A DNA stretch of 63,237 nt, the filler included, from Octopus bimaculoides (lineage: Eukaryota): NCBI RefSeq assembly GCF_001194135.2. It is 5 parts of 4 records of this genome, joined end to end, with 100 filler letters (N's around TTAATTAATTAA, not from the genome) between each part and the next. Parts side by side here need not be neighbours in the genome. Positions count along the whole stretch, not along the records: positions 20,225 to 51,558 come from NC_068982.1; 4 more parts are not named here. The stretch is one strand, 5' to 3'. Shown piece after piece: positions 36,527-50,287 of the stretch (position 1 is its first letter; every line of letters starts with the position of its first letter). The translations under genes and the position numbers were made by a program. The notes below the pieces were generated by a model, which was not told the origin of the DNA, searched no databases, and was given only the letters and a program-made list of their open reading frames with translations.

Positions 36527-39500
36527 CAGACAGGGAACGGTGAAGGGGAGAAGAAAAGAAGGTTGATAGAGGAAAACAAAAGGGAGAGAAGAGGAAAACA
36601 AAAGGGAGAGAAGAGGAGAAAAAGAGAATACAGAAAGGAAAAGAGAGGAAACGAAAGAGGGGAAGAAGAAAGACAGAAAGAGATAGGAAGAGAGGAAATG
36701 AAAGAGAGGAAGAAAAAGGACAGAAAGAGTGTCTCGTCGATATTATTTATTATTACGATAAAACTTACTTGAATGGACGTGTAGCGTTCAAAAAATATTT
36801 ATATATATATGCCTATTAATTTTGTTTGGTATATATAAATATAAATATATAGAGAAAAACACACATACACAGGGACAGAGAGAGAAAGAAATGCATGTGT
36901 TAGTATGTATGGAGCATACATGTGTTTATATTATCTTATATAAGTATATACGTATATATAAACAGAAGAAATCGAAGATGTGAATACGTAAAAAAATACT
37001 GAAAGAAAACTAAATTATGAAATAAAAGGAAGGAAAGTTTCCAGACTAAATCTTACAAATGTATTGTAACTATTCGTTGAAAAAGAATTTGAATATCAAA
37101 AGAGACAAAGTTTTATTTTCTTAATCAGTTTTATATTTGTTTCGAAGTACAGGAAAAAAGTTTTTCCTGAACATTTCACAATGACCAAATCATGTACTTG
37201 TATTTATATCTGAAATATTGCTTACTAGATTGTTCAATAGCTTTCTAATATTACTTTGTTACAAATTACGAATGCACTCAGTATCAGAAATATTGCTTGT
37301 ATATTTCTAATAGTGAATGCATTCATAACATCATTTTTATACTTAACTCATCTGTCTGCATACTTCTCTAGGTATATATGAATTAGCAATCCACTGATGA
37401 GTGAAGTAGAAATGTCACGTAATATGACACATGATGTGTTACAATATGTGTTAGACATTATAGAGTTATATCTTGGTATGTATTGTGTATGTATATTTTA
37501 ATTATCTACATTCTTCTGACGATCGACTTATTCCCAGATCAAAGCAAAGTATATCTATGCAATCGTCAGTATTGGTGAAGTACATCTTTCCTGTCTGATG
37601 TTTTAAAGGCATTTTGTTTCACTGGGATAGCTAAAGATAGATTGCTTCTCTAATAAGGTAGATCTAATGTATTTCTTCGAAATTTTGATAATTGCCATTG
37701 CTATGGGATTAGATACATGAGGTAACCTCAACAGCTTCGGTTATATACGTTGTAATTGCTTCTGACATCCATAAAATAAAGTGCCATTTATTTCAAGAAT
37801 GCGTTTAAAACCAAATGACATTGCACTGCATTTTCAAGCGTTAAGGTCTCCATTTCCCGCCGAAATAACATTTGACAAACACTTTCGAAAATCGGCTTCT
37901 GCTTACAAAATAATGGTTGCTCTCTCTTGATCAGTATTATGTAGCTATGTAAAAACAAAAACAATTCAAGATGACACAGAATTAAGGCAACAAAATACTA
38001 AATATGTTTCGTTTGCAGTGAATACGTATTGTACATAGAGAAATTCTGTAGAGGTAAATGTAATAATCATTTAAGTAGGATATGTTCATTTCGCTCGTGT
38101 TTACTGTAATTTCCCGCGTGCAAGTTGAAGTTTTCTAACCAAAATTTACTGCAATAATGTTAGGTTAATTTATACACCAAGACCGCTTTGGAGGACCATA
38201 AATTTAATACGAAATTCAGAAGGGTACAAAAGGATTCGAAAAGACGGCGACAATGTTTGGATGTTAATACTAACTACGTACTCTACATGCTATCTCGAAA
38301 TGCATGCCGTAAAATAATTTTGATAAAATTTGCAATAAGTGTAGCAATCAATTAAGTTTCATTGAAACAAATTTACTATGCTCTCTTTTAATCGCATACA
38401 TTACGCAGCTCACTTCTTAGAATCAACGGACATATCTTAATACATTTCATATGATTACATTTTTATGTAAACATAATAGTTATTAACGTGGTCATTTCAA
38501 AGCAGTTACATCCCTTTGCATGAGTTACGGTCCGTTATCAAGCACAGCCGTATCTGTCGCATAACAACAGTTAAAAGATATTTCATAACTAAGCATTGTG
38601 TACTCACAAAGGAAGTCGTTTGTAGGTTTTACGATATGCTGGAAAATGAACGTAAACATGTATGTAATAATTTTGTTTTAATACTTCTCACTAATTAGAT
38701 TCACATAAATATCCCAAGTGATTTTCATTGAGAAATCTGTTAATTCAATTAAATATTGAACGAAGACATGAAAGAATATTTCTTCTCCACATCTACATTA
38801 CACAGTTCGTATAAAGAGTAAAACTAGTATATAGATGTGCAAAGGTAAATGTATATATATATATATATATATNNNNNNNNNNNNNNNNNNNNNNNNNNNN
38901 NNNNNNNNNNNNNNNNNNNNNNNNNNNNNNNNNNNNNNNNNNNNNNNNNNNNNNNNNNNNNNNNNNNNNNNNNNNNNNNNNNNNNNNNNNNNNNNNNNNN
39001 NNNNNNNNNNNNNNNNNNNNNNNNNNNNNNNNNNNNNNNNNNNNNNNNNNNNNNNNNNNNNNNNNNNNNNNNNNNNNNNNNNNNNNNNNNNNNNNNNNNN
39101 NNNNNNNNNNNNNNNNNNNNNNNNNNNNNNNNNNNNNNNNNNNNNNNNNNNNNNNNNNNNNNNNNNNNNNNNNNNNNNNNNNNNNNNNNNNNNNNNNNNN
39201 NNNNNNNNNNNNNNNNNNNNNNNNNNNNNNNNNNNNNNNNNNNNNNNNNNNNNNNNNNNNNNNNNNNNNNNNNNNNNNNNNNNNNNNNNNNNNNNNNNNN
39301 NNNNNNNNNNNNNNNNNNNNNNNNNNNNNNNNNNNNNNNNNNNNNNNNNNNNNNNNNNNNNNNNNNNNNNNNNNNNNNNNNNNNNNNNNNNNNNNNNNNN
39401 NNNNNNNNNNNNNNNNNNNNNNNNNNNNNNNNNNNNNNNNNNNNNNNNNNNNNNNNNNNNNNNAGATAGATAGATAGATACATATACTTAGTGATGGACT

Positions 39501-39895
39501 AAAGCGACATGCCACCATACGAATTCAAACTTCGTTAAATGCCAATGTTCCTGTGATGCATTGTATAAAGTGACATAATTATGTCATCCCGAATGTTTTA
39601 ATATATAACAGAAAGTCTCTTGAGCTGCAAATTCCCTGCTGTCATTTTCAAGTCTCCCTCCTCCCAAGTTGATTTACAATCACCACGCCCAACTATGCTC
39701 ATACTTTGTTGCGTGTATGATTTTTGCCCCTGCTTTATCTTTAATGCCGTCATCTCTCTACTTTTTCTAAATCCTGTTGTTTACTTAATTAGTCTTTTTA
39801 AATTTCATCTGCAACATTCTTTCTTATGAAATTGCGTGTTGGAACAAATTTTATTATGTCTCTGGAGGATCATTACTTCAATTCCACTCCTTTAT

Positions 39896-40121
39896 TGGTT
39901 AAATATCTATCCGAATAACTAATGGGTCGTGTTTTCAACTTGTTCGTTAAACAGTCGATATTGTTTTTCTAGTGATTTATCTCTCTCCGAAGGCCCTCTT
40001 CGGAGGGAGAAATGTTTGCGATGGCGACGAAAAAAACTTTGACAAACGAAGAAAAAAAACATTGACTTTTTAAACAAGTTAAACAAATAATTGGTTTGAT
40101 ATTTGGATAGATATTTAACCA
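39896..40121. repeat. Palindromic MITE-like element
   Basis: 22-bp terminal IR TGGTTAAATATCTATCC(G/A)AATA, an internal IR, and a central 13-bp hairpin TCTCTCTCCGAAG-GCCCT-CTTCGGAGGGAGA (39980-40010). Confidence 0.75.
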
Positions 40122-40612
40122 TTTGACTAATAATAAAGGACTAGAATTTAACTGGCGCGCGTATTATCAATATTGGCGTAAGGACTCACCCGAAACACAA
40201 CCTAACTATTCTCGACTTTATTTTCATGTTTTTATGTATTAATTTACATTTAATATTCATTATTGTATTCTTCTTGCTTCTTTTGTTTTGTTTTGGGCTT
40301 ACTCTTGTTTTGTTCGTTGTTTCTGTATTTTCGGCTTCTCGTTAATCTGTTAGTTTCTTATAATTGTTATTCTTTATTTATCATTTATTACTCTGTCATT
40401 GTGTATAGGTTGTTCGAACATGATTCCTTGGTACATATAAGGACAATATTTACAATTTGTTTACAAGTATGATTATTTCATCTGATGACTATGATCAGTG
40501 AAAGATCATTGAAACACCTGTAATGAAAGATTCCGAATTTCAATAACGTGTTTTCTGTGTTAATATAAACGATGCACATGCATCCCACCACACGCAAACA
40601 AGCACACACGCC

Positions 40613-40672
<60 letters not shown>

Positions 40673-41357
40673 AACACACAGGCGCACGCATACACACATG
40701 CACACACAGACATATATATATGAATGCATAAATTATATGTGTATATGTTAACAACTGCACCATATGAAAATGAATATATGCATACTGCATATCTATATGA
40801 CATATGGATGTTAACCCTATAACCACAAATATATATTTATTTGCTCATATACTCATAATAAAGAGATTAATATCTGTATGGTTTTTATATGTTTATAGAA
40901 ATTCATTGAGATTCCGTGTTTGTTAACATTCTCTAAATTCTTGTATATGTATGAGTATATTTGATTTCACAGTTTCCTTGTATTTACATGGGAAATGCTG
41001 AATAATTTATTGATAAAAAATTCCAACTCTACTTTAGAAATATTCAAGCACAATACTGTCTGATAATTTTCTAAATAACTATCATGTGTATTAGAAATCT
41101 ATTAATATAGAAAAAATTGTTTCCGACATATTTATTTTATTTTATTATACTTTAATATATTCTATGCATGTCTCAGCTAAGGTAAACAGGTCTATTGCAG
41201 ATGTAATTATTGATACACTAATATATATGATATACCTACCTACCTCCATATATACATATATGTATACGTATACGCACACAAATACACACATATATAAATC
41301 TATACATATATGTAAACATATATGTATGCACAAATGCATGGAAGCATATATATGTTA

Positions 41358-41393
<36 letters not shown>

Positions 41394-42709
41394 AAATAAA
41401 TTCATATACATAAATACATATATTTAACTAACTATATGTGTGTGTATGTGTGAATTTATATATGTGTATATATTTCGATTCACACATGATTTGCTTTTAT
41501 GTGCTAACTTCTGTTTTAACGATAATCATACTATCGAATTTAAGTTCCCGATAGAATCCTGCTACGCGGTATAGTTCAATGAATTCACAATTTCAGTGAA
41601 ACAGAATGCATGCTGTAACTCATAATCACTTTCATAGGATCATGTATTTTTCAGTGATTCTGGACTGATCGTGTTCAAAATGTAGTATTTTCTGCCTACA
41701 TGATCTAATGTAGACAGTGTTCTCATTGATGGGAAACAGGTCACGTGAAACACGGTTATCATCATGTTGGCCGCAAACTAAAAAAATTCAAGAAGCATAT
41801 CCTTCAGAAAGTCCCGCGATCTGCGGTTTGCTCATGACTGAATTGATGTATAATTCTTTATAGGAAGGCAATGTATGATTTGGGAAGGATTTTGGCTTTT
41901 ATTTCTTGCCGCTTCAGCATCTGCATACATGTTTCTTTATGGCAGCTGTTGTCTTTTATCTCTATACCAAAGGGAACCGACGTATGGAAGAGAGAGTGTC
42001 CATGAGTTGTAATGGGGTTGTTTAGTTTAGGCGCAAGTCAAACCCCATTGAGCAGACTTATGACGAAGCGTATTGTAGCCGCTATTCCTACGTGAAAAGA
42101 AGCTGACAACACTTTGCATATCTAAAGAAATCCTTTGAACAGCAATAGGGTTAAATTTGATAGAGATTTGATTGAACGACTACTTAGAGGCTCGCACAAT
42201 GCTGAATATGGTTTAGTTGTGCGAGATGTTGATTTGAACTATGGTGTTCATAGATAATTGTTAGAAATACAACGATGATAGGTGTTAAAAACCCTTCTCT
42301 TGTATTGTGTGTAATTATTGTAATGGTGCTTATTAATTGTGGAGTGAAGTGTAACAGTGCACTGTAGGGGTATTCATTAGTTTTTGACATTTACCTGACA
42401 TATATAGTGTATCTTTTTTTCCCTGTCAATATTATTTCAAATCAAGGCAGGACTTACTCAATAGTTCACATTTTAGATGTTGCTGTTCACTCTAGGTTAT
42501 GTCTGATCGAACAGACATATAATCAAAAGCGTTTCGGTGGTAACTAGCTGTAAACTTTTTAACGAGACGCTGCATATAGAACTACATTGTCCAATATGGC
42601 GTTCATTCATTTAAAGCTATACTGTTCGGCTTGAAGTATATTTGTTTGGCTTTCCTAGACCGCTTCCTCGTTTGATCGTAGTGGTAAATGGTAGTGGAAA
42701 TAGTAGTAA

Positions 42710-42741
<32 letters not shown>

Positions 42742-42944
42742 TTGGTTGGGGCTAGTGGTAGCGATGATAGCAGTGTCACTGGTGGTGGTGGTGGTGGTGG
42801 TGGTGATGGTCATCGTCGTAGTCATAGTGATTGTCAAGGCTGTGGAAATTTATCAGTCACCTGCGAAAACATCTTTGGAAATTTGAGTCACAAATTTCAC
42901 ATCCACTTGGTTTCTTTCAGCAATTATCTCTCAGTCTGTTCATC

Positions 42945-43647
42945 TTAACCTTTGCTACCACAAGACCATAAGAAACAATACAGAATAGACAGCACATCAG
43001 AAATTAATAAGTGCAGAATCTGTGGACAAAACGGTGAAACCGCATGGCATATTACCAGCCAATTTACGCCACTAGCCCAGAAGGAATGTAAAAGACGTCA
43101 CAACAATATAGCCAGGCTTGTCCATTGGACACTTTGCAACAAGTATGGACTTGACAAAGCAAAAAATTGGTACGACCACAGACCTAAAGGCATTGTCGAA
43201 AATAGTAATTCAATGATCGTATGGGATTTTATGATTCAGTGCGACCATAAGATTGAGAATAGGAAACCGGACATTGTCTCAATTGAGAAAGAAAACAAAC
43301 TATGCTGGATCATAATATAACATGCCCAGCTGAGAACAAGGTATGCGATAAGGAAGAAAGAAAAGTTGATAGATATGACAGGTTAGCTTGGGAAGTTAAG
43401 CAGTTGTGGTCGATGAAAAAAGTACCAATAATTGTCGGAGCCCTGGAACAGTGAGCAAAAATCTTTAGAAGTACGTGGGAAAAAATAGGGCTGCAATAAG
43501 GGTGGAGCGCTTGGAGAAAACAGCATTGCTTGGAACCGCTCGACTACTTCGGACGGTGCTCGAAAAATAAAAGGTTTTACCTTAGTTCACTGGTAGTGAA
43601 CAGCTGACACTGTAGTACATCTCCAGCGTTAGAAGCTGTGCAAAGGC
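42945..43647 (+). mobile_element. R4/Dong-clade LINE 3' fragment (CCHC plus RLE endonuclease plus 3' UTR)
   Basis: CRICGQNGETAWHITSQ...RRHNNIARLVHW...RKPDIV. Colinear with 13310-14013 and followed by (AAT/AAC)n at 43648-43781. Confidence 0.92.
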
Positions 43648-43659
43648 AATAACAACAAC

Positions 43660-43700
<41 letters not shown>

Positions 43701-43716
43701 CAACAACAACAACAAC

Positions 43717-43780
<64 letters not shown>

Positions 43781-43944
43781 TATTTCCTCAACGTTTGCGA
43801 TGTTTACCGTAAAACGTACTCTTTGTTTATAAAGTTTGCCATCAACATTTCACAGATGACTGAAAATAACCTGGAAATAAATAGTTCTTTCAGCAACAGA
43901 TGTTACCGTTTGCATCCTGTTGGATTGCATTAGATGATGTTGAT

Positions 43945-44600
43945 AGGGCGACGAGCTGGCAGAAACGTTAGCACGCCGGGCGAAATGGTTAGCGATATTT
44001 CGTCTACTGCTACGTTCTGAGATCGAATTCCGCCGAGGTCGATTTAGCCTTTCATCCTTTCGGGGTCGATTAAATAAGTACCAGTTATGCACTGGGTTCG
44101 ATGTAATCGACCTAATCCCTATGTCTGCCCTTGTTTGTCCCCTCCATGTTTAGCTCCTTGTGGTCAATAAAGAAGTGGAAACGTTAGCACGCCGGGCGAA
44201 ATGCTTAGCAGTATTTCGTCTATCTTTACGTTCCAAGTTTAAATTCCGCCGAGGTCGACTTTGCTTTTCATCCTTTCGCATTCGATAAATTGAGTACCAG
44301 TTGCATACTGGGCGGAACTAATCGACCGGTCCTTTCCCTACAAATTTCAAGCCTTGTGCCTAGATTAGAAAAGAATATTTAAGGCGGTGAGCTGGCAGAA
44401 ACGTTAGCATGCCGGGCAAAATTCTTAGCGGTATTTCGTCTGTCTTTACGTTCTGAGTTCAAATTCTGCCGAGGTCGACTTTGCCTTTCATCATTTCGGG
44501 GTCGATTAAATAAGTACCAGTTACGCACTGGGGTCGATCTAATCGACTGCCTTCCTCCCCATCAAATTACGGGCTGTGTGCCTAAAGAAGAAAAGATTAT
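43945..44600 (+). mobile_element. Three tandem SINE family A copies
   Basis: Copies at about 43945-44172 (variant tail), 44177-44378 (5'-truncated) and 44380-44600. Confidence 0.9.
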
Positions 44601-44962
44601 ATGATTTTGATTTTCTTTGGAGTCATATTTTTGTACACGTTTAGTAAAGTTAAAGAATTCATGACAGAAGTTGAATATCCGACTACGAACGTATTCTTAC
44701 CCAACAATTACTTATTTCTGAAGTGGGACTAAGCGATATATTATTAGTCTTCAAGTTTCAAATGCTGTTGAAAATCTCGTCTCCAGTTAAGATACCGTTG
44801 ACTCGTTGTCTCACACAATAACATGTGTATCGGTAACATGTGTAAAGAAATTTGCTAAATTCAAAATGTCATATTTCACGCAGACGATTATGGTTTTGAG
44901 TATTTCTAATAAAGCAATTGTTAAATATTGATGATAAACGCAATTTCAATATGATAGGTTAT

Positions 44963-45220
44963 ATTTACAATATTTATATTGGACGGATATGTGTCCTAAT
45001 CTTGTCTGTTGTTACCACAGCGTTTCGGTTGATTTACTCTCCAGCCTTCATCAGGTGTCCTGGTGGAATTTTGAACCCAACCTTGGATTCTCATTCTCAG
45101 GGTTGGGTCCAAAATTCCACCAGGACACCTGATGAAGGCTGGAGAGTAAATCAGCCGAAACATTGTGGTAACAACAAACAAGATGAGGACACATATCCGT
45201 CCAATGTAAATAATGTAAAT
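44963..45220. repeat. 258-bp foldback palindrome (123-bp arms, 12-nt loop)
   Basis: Arms 44963-45085 and 45098-45220; 9 mismatches and no indels by manual alignment. Confidence 0.95.
45123..45170 (+). ncRNA. Hammerhead-ribozyme-like motif (mirror copy on the minus strand at about 45013-45060)
   Basis: GGACAC-CTGATGA-AGGCTG-GAGAGTAAAT-CAGCC-GAAAC-ATT-GTGGT: intact core and stem II; stem III and stem I are imperfect. Confidence 0.55.
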
Positions 45221-47759
45221 AATGTATAGAATTCATCATCTCTAAAATATAGAACCATAATAGGTTATACTTTAAAATGATGCGTTTCTTAAAACACCTT
45301 GTTTTTGTTGCATACGTTAGAAACTGACTACCACTCTTCTCCATTCTTTATTCCCCTTCATATCGTTCACTCTTCGGTCATTTCACAACACATTCGTTTT
45401 CCACTCTAGTTTATCCCACATCAATCCCCTTTAGTGCATTCGCAGCTTTTTATTTTTATCAACGCAGTAACATTTCTTTGATTTTTCTTTTTTTCAGATC
45501 CTCCACCTTCTACTGCATTTTAAGTTGCCTACCTCTTCTGTCAATTCTTTTACAGGCCATCACCACCTATATAGAACTGTGAATAAGGCTTTACATCTTC
45601 CTAAAATAAGTATTTTTTTTCCTTTCCTCCTCATGTTCATACAATCAATTTTTTGTTCTATTGCACATTTTCCCCGTATATGTTCATACACATTCCCTTT
45701 TAGCAAACTGAATTTCTACTTGTCTGGGACGGAATCTTCAAACGCCCACAAGATATTAAATACCAGCAAGTTTATAATCTAACTTTTCTACATTAATTCT
45801 CGGTGTTATTGATGTCAGCTGTCAACTCATTTGTATCAGATTGCAGACTGACGAAATTAATAACAGTCTGTATTATTAGAAAATATGTTAATAATATTTA
45901 TGGAGCTAATTCTATTTCTTTTCTCTGAGGAGAAACAAATTCAAACAATTCTTGAGCCGAGTATTTCTTTAAAGAAGTTAGATGTGAATTGAATAGCAGT
46001 AAACGGAATTGAGAAGTATTTTCAAAAAGGCTGAAGATCACAATGATTGTAATAGATAAAATGTTTCTTAAATCTCCGTTATATTCAGATACTAATATTT
46101 GAATATCCTCTTCCGTTAAAAAGATTTATGCAATATTACTCAATATGATTGACATGAACATCCAAAATCAATTCTTGGACAAATATGTTATAGATTGTTT
46201 TCTCACACTGTATTATTTTTTCTCCCATAAATAGCAACTGTTGAGCCTCTGAAAAAAGATGAACATCAGTAACTAAATTTGTACATATATTATCGCGTGT
46301 TTTATTACAATTGACGGCATGAGCATAGCGATTCAAGTAACATAGTGAGGGGTTTTAATTCTTGGAATATTGTTTCAAAACCAATCTTTTAATTATTCAA
46401 TTCATATTTTCCAATTCCAAGAATAGTAATGCAAGCCATCACTGATAAATTTTAAGCCTCTTATACATGAAAACAACGTATTGGACATGATTATTGTAGC
46501 AATTATATTTGTGCTTTGGGATATTATTTATAAAAACGTGGTGTACTTAAAGAATTTATGAAAGTTATTCTTTCATCTCATCGTTCTAACACCATTCATT
46601 CTACGTGTCATAAACATTTCTGCACAGCTGTGTTTGTACTATTGCAAGAATTCGTCTTTCTGTAATAATTCTGTCCAATTTGATCAATAAATATCCCTTT
46701 TGCAGCTGACAGATCGTTTTCCTGATTCTGAAAGAATGGCCGCTATGTTTGGGAGATTGGTGCCTACAAAACTTTATGCTAACTCAATAGAATGAAACGG
46801 TAAAATAACATTGCAACGAACATAATTGGTGACTAAGTATGTATGTGCATGCACGTATACGTTTTGTATATTTGCTTAATACTCAGCTCATGAAAGTAGA
46901 TCTTCTGAACGGAGAAACATGTTGTTTGTTCAAGCAAAATCCATTACTGATGCATGTGTGTCTATGTTGATTGACTGTAATTCAATAATAGCAAACTTTA
47001 TGTCTTCAAAAGTAAAAAAAAGTAAGTGCTTTTTGTAATTGCATACGTATCGCCAGTTATTAGGAATTTAGCTGAAGCATCATTGAGGCAATGTATGCAA
47101 AATCTATACGGTGATTATGCGATTTCAGGAGTCTAAAGTTATAACTGATGTTTTGATTTCAAATTCTTTCCTTATTTAAGGTTGACATGAAAAAGTCATT
47201 CATTAACGTAAACTCAATTCTTTAATAATAAAAAAACCTAATTGCTTCTTGCATTTGATGAAACTGTTTCTTTATTTCAAGTCTGAAATCAATATGACCA
47301 CTCATGAAATGAGACAGCGAAACACCGGCATGCATATGTATAACAATACCTACACAGACACAGAAAACAATAATGGGAAATACCCATTGACATTTGCAGG
47401 ATGGAATAAGAATAGAATAAGATAGAAGATGCGAGAATAGCTGATTACGTTAGGCAAATAATTTTTAAAATTAAAATATAACACTCAATGATCAGAGGAA
47501 GAAGTATCTAATTGACTACTAACGGGCTAGGACAAAGGTAAGAGTGTTAATCTAAACAATGCATTGAGAAGCAAGTTCATTTTTTAGCAGAACAGTAACT
47601 AGCACTAGAAAGTTTTTAAATGACTGTATATATATATATATATAATTTAGAGAAAAACCGCTATTAAACAATTCAATAATGAAGAATGTAATTCATACCC
47701 TCTAGAAAATACGCTGGAAGTTTTAAAGCAGTTCTCCATAGATATCCTCTTTGTCTTTT

Positions 47760-48780
47760 ATTTTCAAAGAGATATTTATAAAGGAAATTACCTTTTATTA
47801 ATAACTAAGGATTGCACCAATAGAACACTAGAATTATATAAGAAGAAACTATATAGTTTTTTTTTAAAGATATGGATTAAGCATAACTATATATAATGAG
47901 AACTATAATGTTAATTACTTAGATGCTAACTTGAATTTAATAACAGGTAAGTCCCAACCATTCCATAAAATTAATGAAAACATTAGATATACTAATGCTA
48001 ATCATCCACCCTCGATTAAGAAATCGTGGACAGATAATATAGGTAAAAGAATATCGTTACTTTCTTCTAATTTTGAGATTTTCCAAAAACACGCACCTTA
48101 TTATAATGACGCCCTGCGTGGAGCGGGATATAAAAATAATATTAAATTCTTTAATAATTCTATATATAATTATAATATAAAAGATTATAATTTAAATGAT
48201 TCCTATGTTTTTTATAATAATAAACCTGACAAATAATTATTATAAGTTTTATTTACATAATTATAGTATTAGTAATAGGGATCATGATAATACAAAACAA
48301 AAATATAATAATAGTAGACTAAAAAATAAGATTAAATTCAATTCTTTTATTGATAATAATAAATTCTATAATATGAAAAATAAATGTAATGATATAAATA
48401 AAAACAAAATTTGGTTCATTATTCCTTATGAAGGTCAAGTTAAAGCAAACATTATTAAAGTAATTTTAAATATAATTGAGGTATTCTTTAGAGATAATAA
48501 AAAATATAACATTTTTTCTAGTGATAATTTTGGAGTTGGTTACTCTACTACTAAAAATGTTGGTAATATAATTTCTTCTTTTAATAAATTTAAGCTGAAT
48601 AAGTTTTACGAAAACAAATCAAGTAATTATTCCAATAATAATGCAGACCAGAACATAATTAATTGTAATGCAGAGATAAAAATAAATGTAAATTTAATAG
48701 TAACTGTAATTTGGAGGATGTTGTATATAAAAGTGTAGTAACTTTGCTTGATGATAATAATATGAATGGTTATATAACAA
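47760..48780 (+). mobile_element. Penelope-like element, RT thumb through the start of the GIY-YIG domain, with AT-rich insert
   Basis: VNYLDANLNLITGK.QPFHK...NANHPPSIKKS...IGKRISLLSSN...APYYNDALRGAGY; KIWFIIPY; frameshift at about 48670, then NCNCRDKNKCKFNSNCNLEDVVYKSVV. Confidence 0.85.
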
Positions 48781-48955
48781 TATTTATCCTAAACAATCTC
48801 CAACCCTATATCCTTTGAGAATGTCGTAACCAGGTCTTTTTTATCTCAGGCAAATTCTAGACATACAGTTTCAAGTGATCCACGAAGAAACAGTGTGTAA
48901 TTCTGGCATTTCTATTTCTTTGTAAAACCAGTGAGATACCCTTCAGACTGCCTTC
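48775..48955 (-). mobile_element. R4/Dong RT core fragment
   Basis: NARITHCFFVDHLKLYV, matching the (Y/F)xDDLKLY motif region of this clade. Confidence 0.65.
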
Positions 48956-50144
48956 TGTATGTATGTATGTATGTATGTATGTATGTATGTATATATGTAT
49001 GTATGTATGTGTGCGAGCATGCGTGCATGCGTGCATGCGTGCGTGTGTATGTATGTATGTATGTATGTATGTATGCAGGCATGCATGCATTTGTTCTGAC
49101 ACTGAATTAAACAATTGATTTGGCAGTAGGGTATCCACGAACAGCTGCCTTATAAAACTTAATTATTTATGAAGGGTCAAGCTTACTTGATGCAGATAGG
49201 CAGGAGGAAGTTTTAACTTACGAGAATGAGAGTTTTAATTAAAATAACAATGATTAACTAAATTACAAATTCCTGACAAAAAGCTTTTCTCTGAGTTAGA
49301 CATTTAATTATTTTTCTAGTGATAATTTTGGAGTTGGTTACTCTACTACTAAACAATTATTTTCATGTGCTTAACTTCATTAAGTATGACAACACCTAGT
49401 TCAATATATTATGCAAATATACACACAAATGTGTAGAAAAGGAAAGTCTGCTGATGAACCGTTTTACGGTTTGTTGGTTAGCTTCAAACTCCCCTCCTTT
49501 CTCGATACATCAACATCAGGAAAATAATACTCGCACGTTCATATTACACCCACGTTAAGTCTTTCTAGCATTTACATTTATTCTAGTTTTTCTTTTACTG
49601 TGTTTCGTTGAAGGTAAATAATGTTTGCTTACTGGCCGGCAATCAAAAGATCAGCTACGATATTCAGATTAGATAGTCGGATAATGAGGTAGCCTATTTC
49701 ATGTTTGTTTTGTATAGCACTGATTTCTGTTATTGGCAGTGGGAGTAATGTCTTCTGTGAGAATGTTTTCTCTGGTGAGCGATCAACAAACCATGAACTG
49801 TCCGTCATAAGTTTCACATTGTCCCTCATCAGTTGTAAAAGAAAAGAAGAGAACGTGTTTGTTCTCTTACTATAGTCATAGAGACGCTTTATATACTTTA
49901 ATATACTTATACTTCAATTCATGTGATGTACGATATATATATACATACATACATGCATACATACATATATATATATATATANNNNNNNNNNNNNNNNNNN
50001 NNNNNNNNNNNNNNNNNNNNNNNNNNNNNNNNNNNNNNNNNNNNNNNNNNNNNNNNNNNNNNNNNNNNNNNNNNNNNNNNNNNNNNNNNNNNNNNNNNNN
50101 NNNNNNNNNNNNNNNNTATATATATATTTATATATATATATATA

Positions 50145-50177
<33 letters not shown>

Positions 50178-50287
50178 GTAGCAAGATAATTGAGATTCAG
50201 ATGACTTAGGGAATTAAGTACTTAAGTTGAGGCACCAAAAATGTGTACGGTATTATGAGTACAATTTCAAAATAAGGTGAATGAAAT

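Noticed and set aside
37907-38638. Micro-exon-like AG...GT segments (38608-38638, 37907-37944; also about 46209-46250 and 55932-55987)
   Set aside because: Good splice signals, but no domain match or consistent link to exon A. They could be UTR exons or chance; RNA data are needed.
42275-42367. Plus-strand signal-peptide-like MIGVKNPSLVLCVIIVMVLINCG
   Set aside because: No good donor and no downstream plus-strand exons found.
49795-49835. CTGATGAG...GAAAC on the minus strand
   Set aside because: No credible stem II, stem III or stem I pairing.
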